From Nitrospirota bacterium (GTDB taxonomy: Bacteria; Nitrospirota; Nitrospiria; JACQCE01): a stretch of 64,000 bases of DNA. The stretch's first letter is position 1. Every line of letters starts with the position of its first letter. Below the pieces are notes generated by a model, which was not told where the DNA came from, searched no databases, and saw only the letters and a list, made by a program, of their open reading frames with translations. Shown piece after piece: positions 62,742 through 64,000 of the stretch. A program made the translations under genes and the position numbers. Location: assembly GCA_016201765.1 (NCBI GenBank), contig JACQCE010000012.1, positions 8,136-72,135 of the forward strand, given 5' to 3'.

Positions 62742-63885
62742 CGGATCGGTCGTGAGCGCGACCCGTCTGCTGGCGATCGCCCGGAAGGAATTCATCCAGC
62801 TCTACCGGGACCCGCGCAGTCTGGCCATCATCTTCGCGATGCCGCTGCTCCTGCTGCTGTTGTTCGGCTATGCGGTCACGCTGGACATCAAGCAGGTGCT
62901 CGTCGCCGTCTACGATCAGGAACAGTCGGAAAAGAGCCGGGATTTCATCCACCGGTTTGCCCAATCGCGCTATTTCCTCGTGGCGGCGAATGTCCGGGGG
63001 TACGGCGCCCTCACCCGGCTGATCGACCTGAGGGAGGCGCAGGTCGGGCTCGTGATCCCGAACGATTTTTCCCGTTCGCTGGACAGCGGCCGCCCGACGG
63101 CGGTCCAGGTGCTGCTGGACGGCAGCGACGCCAACACCGCGAACATCATCCTCGGCTACACGCGGGCGGTGGTCCAGGGCTATTCGCAGGAGGTGCTGCT
63201 CGATTATCTGGCCCGGCAGGGGGTCACCGACCGGCGGATCCCGGTGGAACTGCGGCCGCGCGTCTGGTTCAACGAAGAGCTGGAGAGCAAAAACTACATC
63301 GTCCCGGGGCTGATCGCCTTGATCATGGCCGTCATCGGCGCGCTGCTCACTTCGCTGACGATCGCCCGGGAGTGGGAACGGGGGACGATGGAACAACTGG
63401 TCGCCACGCCCGTGCACAAGCTCGAGCTCATGATCGGCAAACTGGCGCCCTATTACCTGGTGGCCATTATCGACGTGGCCATCGCCATGGCGGTGGGGGT
63501 GTGGTTGTTTGAAGTGCCCTTTCGCGGCAGCCTGCCGGTCTTTTTCTTTCTGTCATCGATGTTCCTGTTTGTGGTGCTCGGCCAGGGGTTTCTCATTTCG
63601 GTGGTGGCCAAAAGTCAGCTGGTCGCCAACCAGATCGCGTTGATTTCCACCTTTCTGCCGGCCTTTCTGCTCTCCGGCTTCATGTTCAGCATCGCGAACA
63701 TGCCCCTCGCGCTGCGGGCGGTCACCACCGCGGTGCCGGCCCGCTATTTCGTCACGATTCTGCAGGGATTGTTTTTGAAGGGGGTCGGTCTCCGGGTGCT
63801 CTGGCCCGAACTGCTGGCCCTGGTGCTCTTCATCGCCGTGGTGGGCGGCCTGGCCCACCGGCGTTTCTCGAAAACCATCACGTGA
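62728..63885 (+). CDS. ABC-2 family permease (YbhS/R-like)
   Basis: KEFIQLYRDPRSL N-terminus, a large first loop and 5 C-terminal TM segments. Confidence 0.85.
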   Translation: MAGRNGSVVSATRLLAIARKEFIQLYRDPRSLAIIFAMPLLLLLLFGYAVTLDIKQVLVAVYDQEQSEKSRDFIHRFAQSRYFLVAANVRGYGALTRLIDLREAQVGLVIPNDFSRSLDSGRPTAVQVLLDGSDANTANIILGYTRAVVQGYSQEVLLDYLARQGVTDRRIPVELRPRVWFNEELESKNYIVPGLIALIMAVIGALLTSLTIAREWERGTMEQLVATPVHKLELMIGKLAPYYLVAIIDVAIAMAVGVWLFEVPFRGSLPVFFFLSSMFLFVVLGQGFLISVVAKSQLVANQIALISTFLPAFLLSGFMFSIANMPLALRAVTTAVPARYFVTILQGLFLKGVGLRVLWPELLALVLFIAVVGGLAHRRFSKTIT

Positions 63886-63893
63886 GCGGCACC

Positions 63894-64000
63894 ATGTGGC
63901 GGCGGGTCCGTGAAATTCTCCGGAAGGAATTCATCCAGATGCTGCGCGACAAACGGATGCGTTTCGTCCTGGTCGGGCCGCCGCTGATTCAATTGATCGT
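63894..64000 (+). CDS. Second ABC-2 family permease, 3' end outside the window
   Basis: ATG 63894, MWRRVREILRKEFIQMLRDKRMRF is paralogous to the start of the previous gene. Runs off the window. Confidence 0.7.
   Translation, partial: MWRRVREILRKEFIQMLRDKRMRFVLVGPPLIQLI

Noticed and set aside
1-64000. Search for the autonomous transposase partner of the MITE, and for prophage, integrase, toxin-antitoxin or defence-system genes.
   Set aside because: No transposase, integrase, phage structural, restriction, Cas, CBASS or retron-like ORF could be recognised anywhere in the window. The macro-domain gene is a stand-alone housekeeping type.

Overview
GC-rich, gene-dense chromosomal window from a diderm (Gram-negative-type) bacterium; the taxon cannot be assigned from sequence alone. 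No rRNA, tRNA, CRISPR array or transposase gene was found.

Gene content, in order:
- 1-8270: a Pho-regulon block. It holds a PhoX-like gene cut by the window edge, an OmpR/PhoB-type regulator, a porin, pstSCAB and phoU, with 11-bp-phased GTAACA boxes upstream.
- 8486-14414: PilZ, TPR, a DEAD-box helicase, uppP, a VOC enzyme, thiD and a CBS protein.
- 14867-29523: a GAF/sigma-54 activator, then a tightly packed 12-gene co-directional string behind a near-consensus -24/-12 promoter. The string runs: a small sulfite-oxidase-fold Mo-domain protein, a NirB-reductase::NirA fusion, an outer-membrane (OM) barrel, nrtABD, a short chlorite-dismutase-like gene, moeA, moaB, moaC, moaD-E and moaA.
- 29752-42706: mixed housekeeping and stress genes.
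- 43228-56086: a glycosylation-type cluster with 2 GT2 genes, 3 paralogous GT-C/TPR membrane proteins and 2 TPR proteins, interrupted by a second DEAD-box helicase.
- 56094-64000: glpK, a macro-domain gene, purC and a HlyD plus split-ATPase plus ABC-2 exporter running off the window.

Best candidate for new biology: the nitrate-type uptake/nitrite-reductase/Moco string has no NasA/NarB-type nitrate reductase. Its only apparent Moco client is a 218-aa SUOX-fold protein translationally coupled to the nitrite reductase. This could be a non-canonical, eukaryote-like-fold bacterial assimilatory nitrate reductase module.

The non-coding layer is also unusual:
- A ~139-bp MITE-like element has 16-bp terminal inverted repeats (TIRs) and two perfect 8-bp target-site duplications (TSDs). 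There are 6 full copies plus 1 core-only copy, and one copy has its central segment inverted.
- A second long-hairpin family occurs twice.
- Phased GCGGATTA arrays sit at 3' gene ends.
- GGGTSAAGG G-tract arrays occur at two loci.
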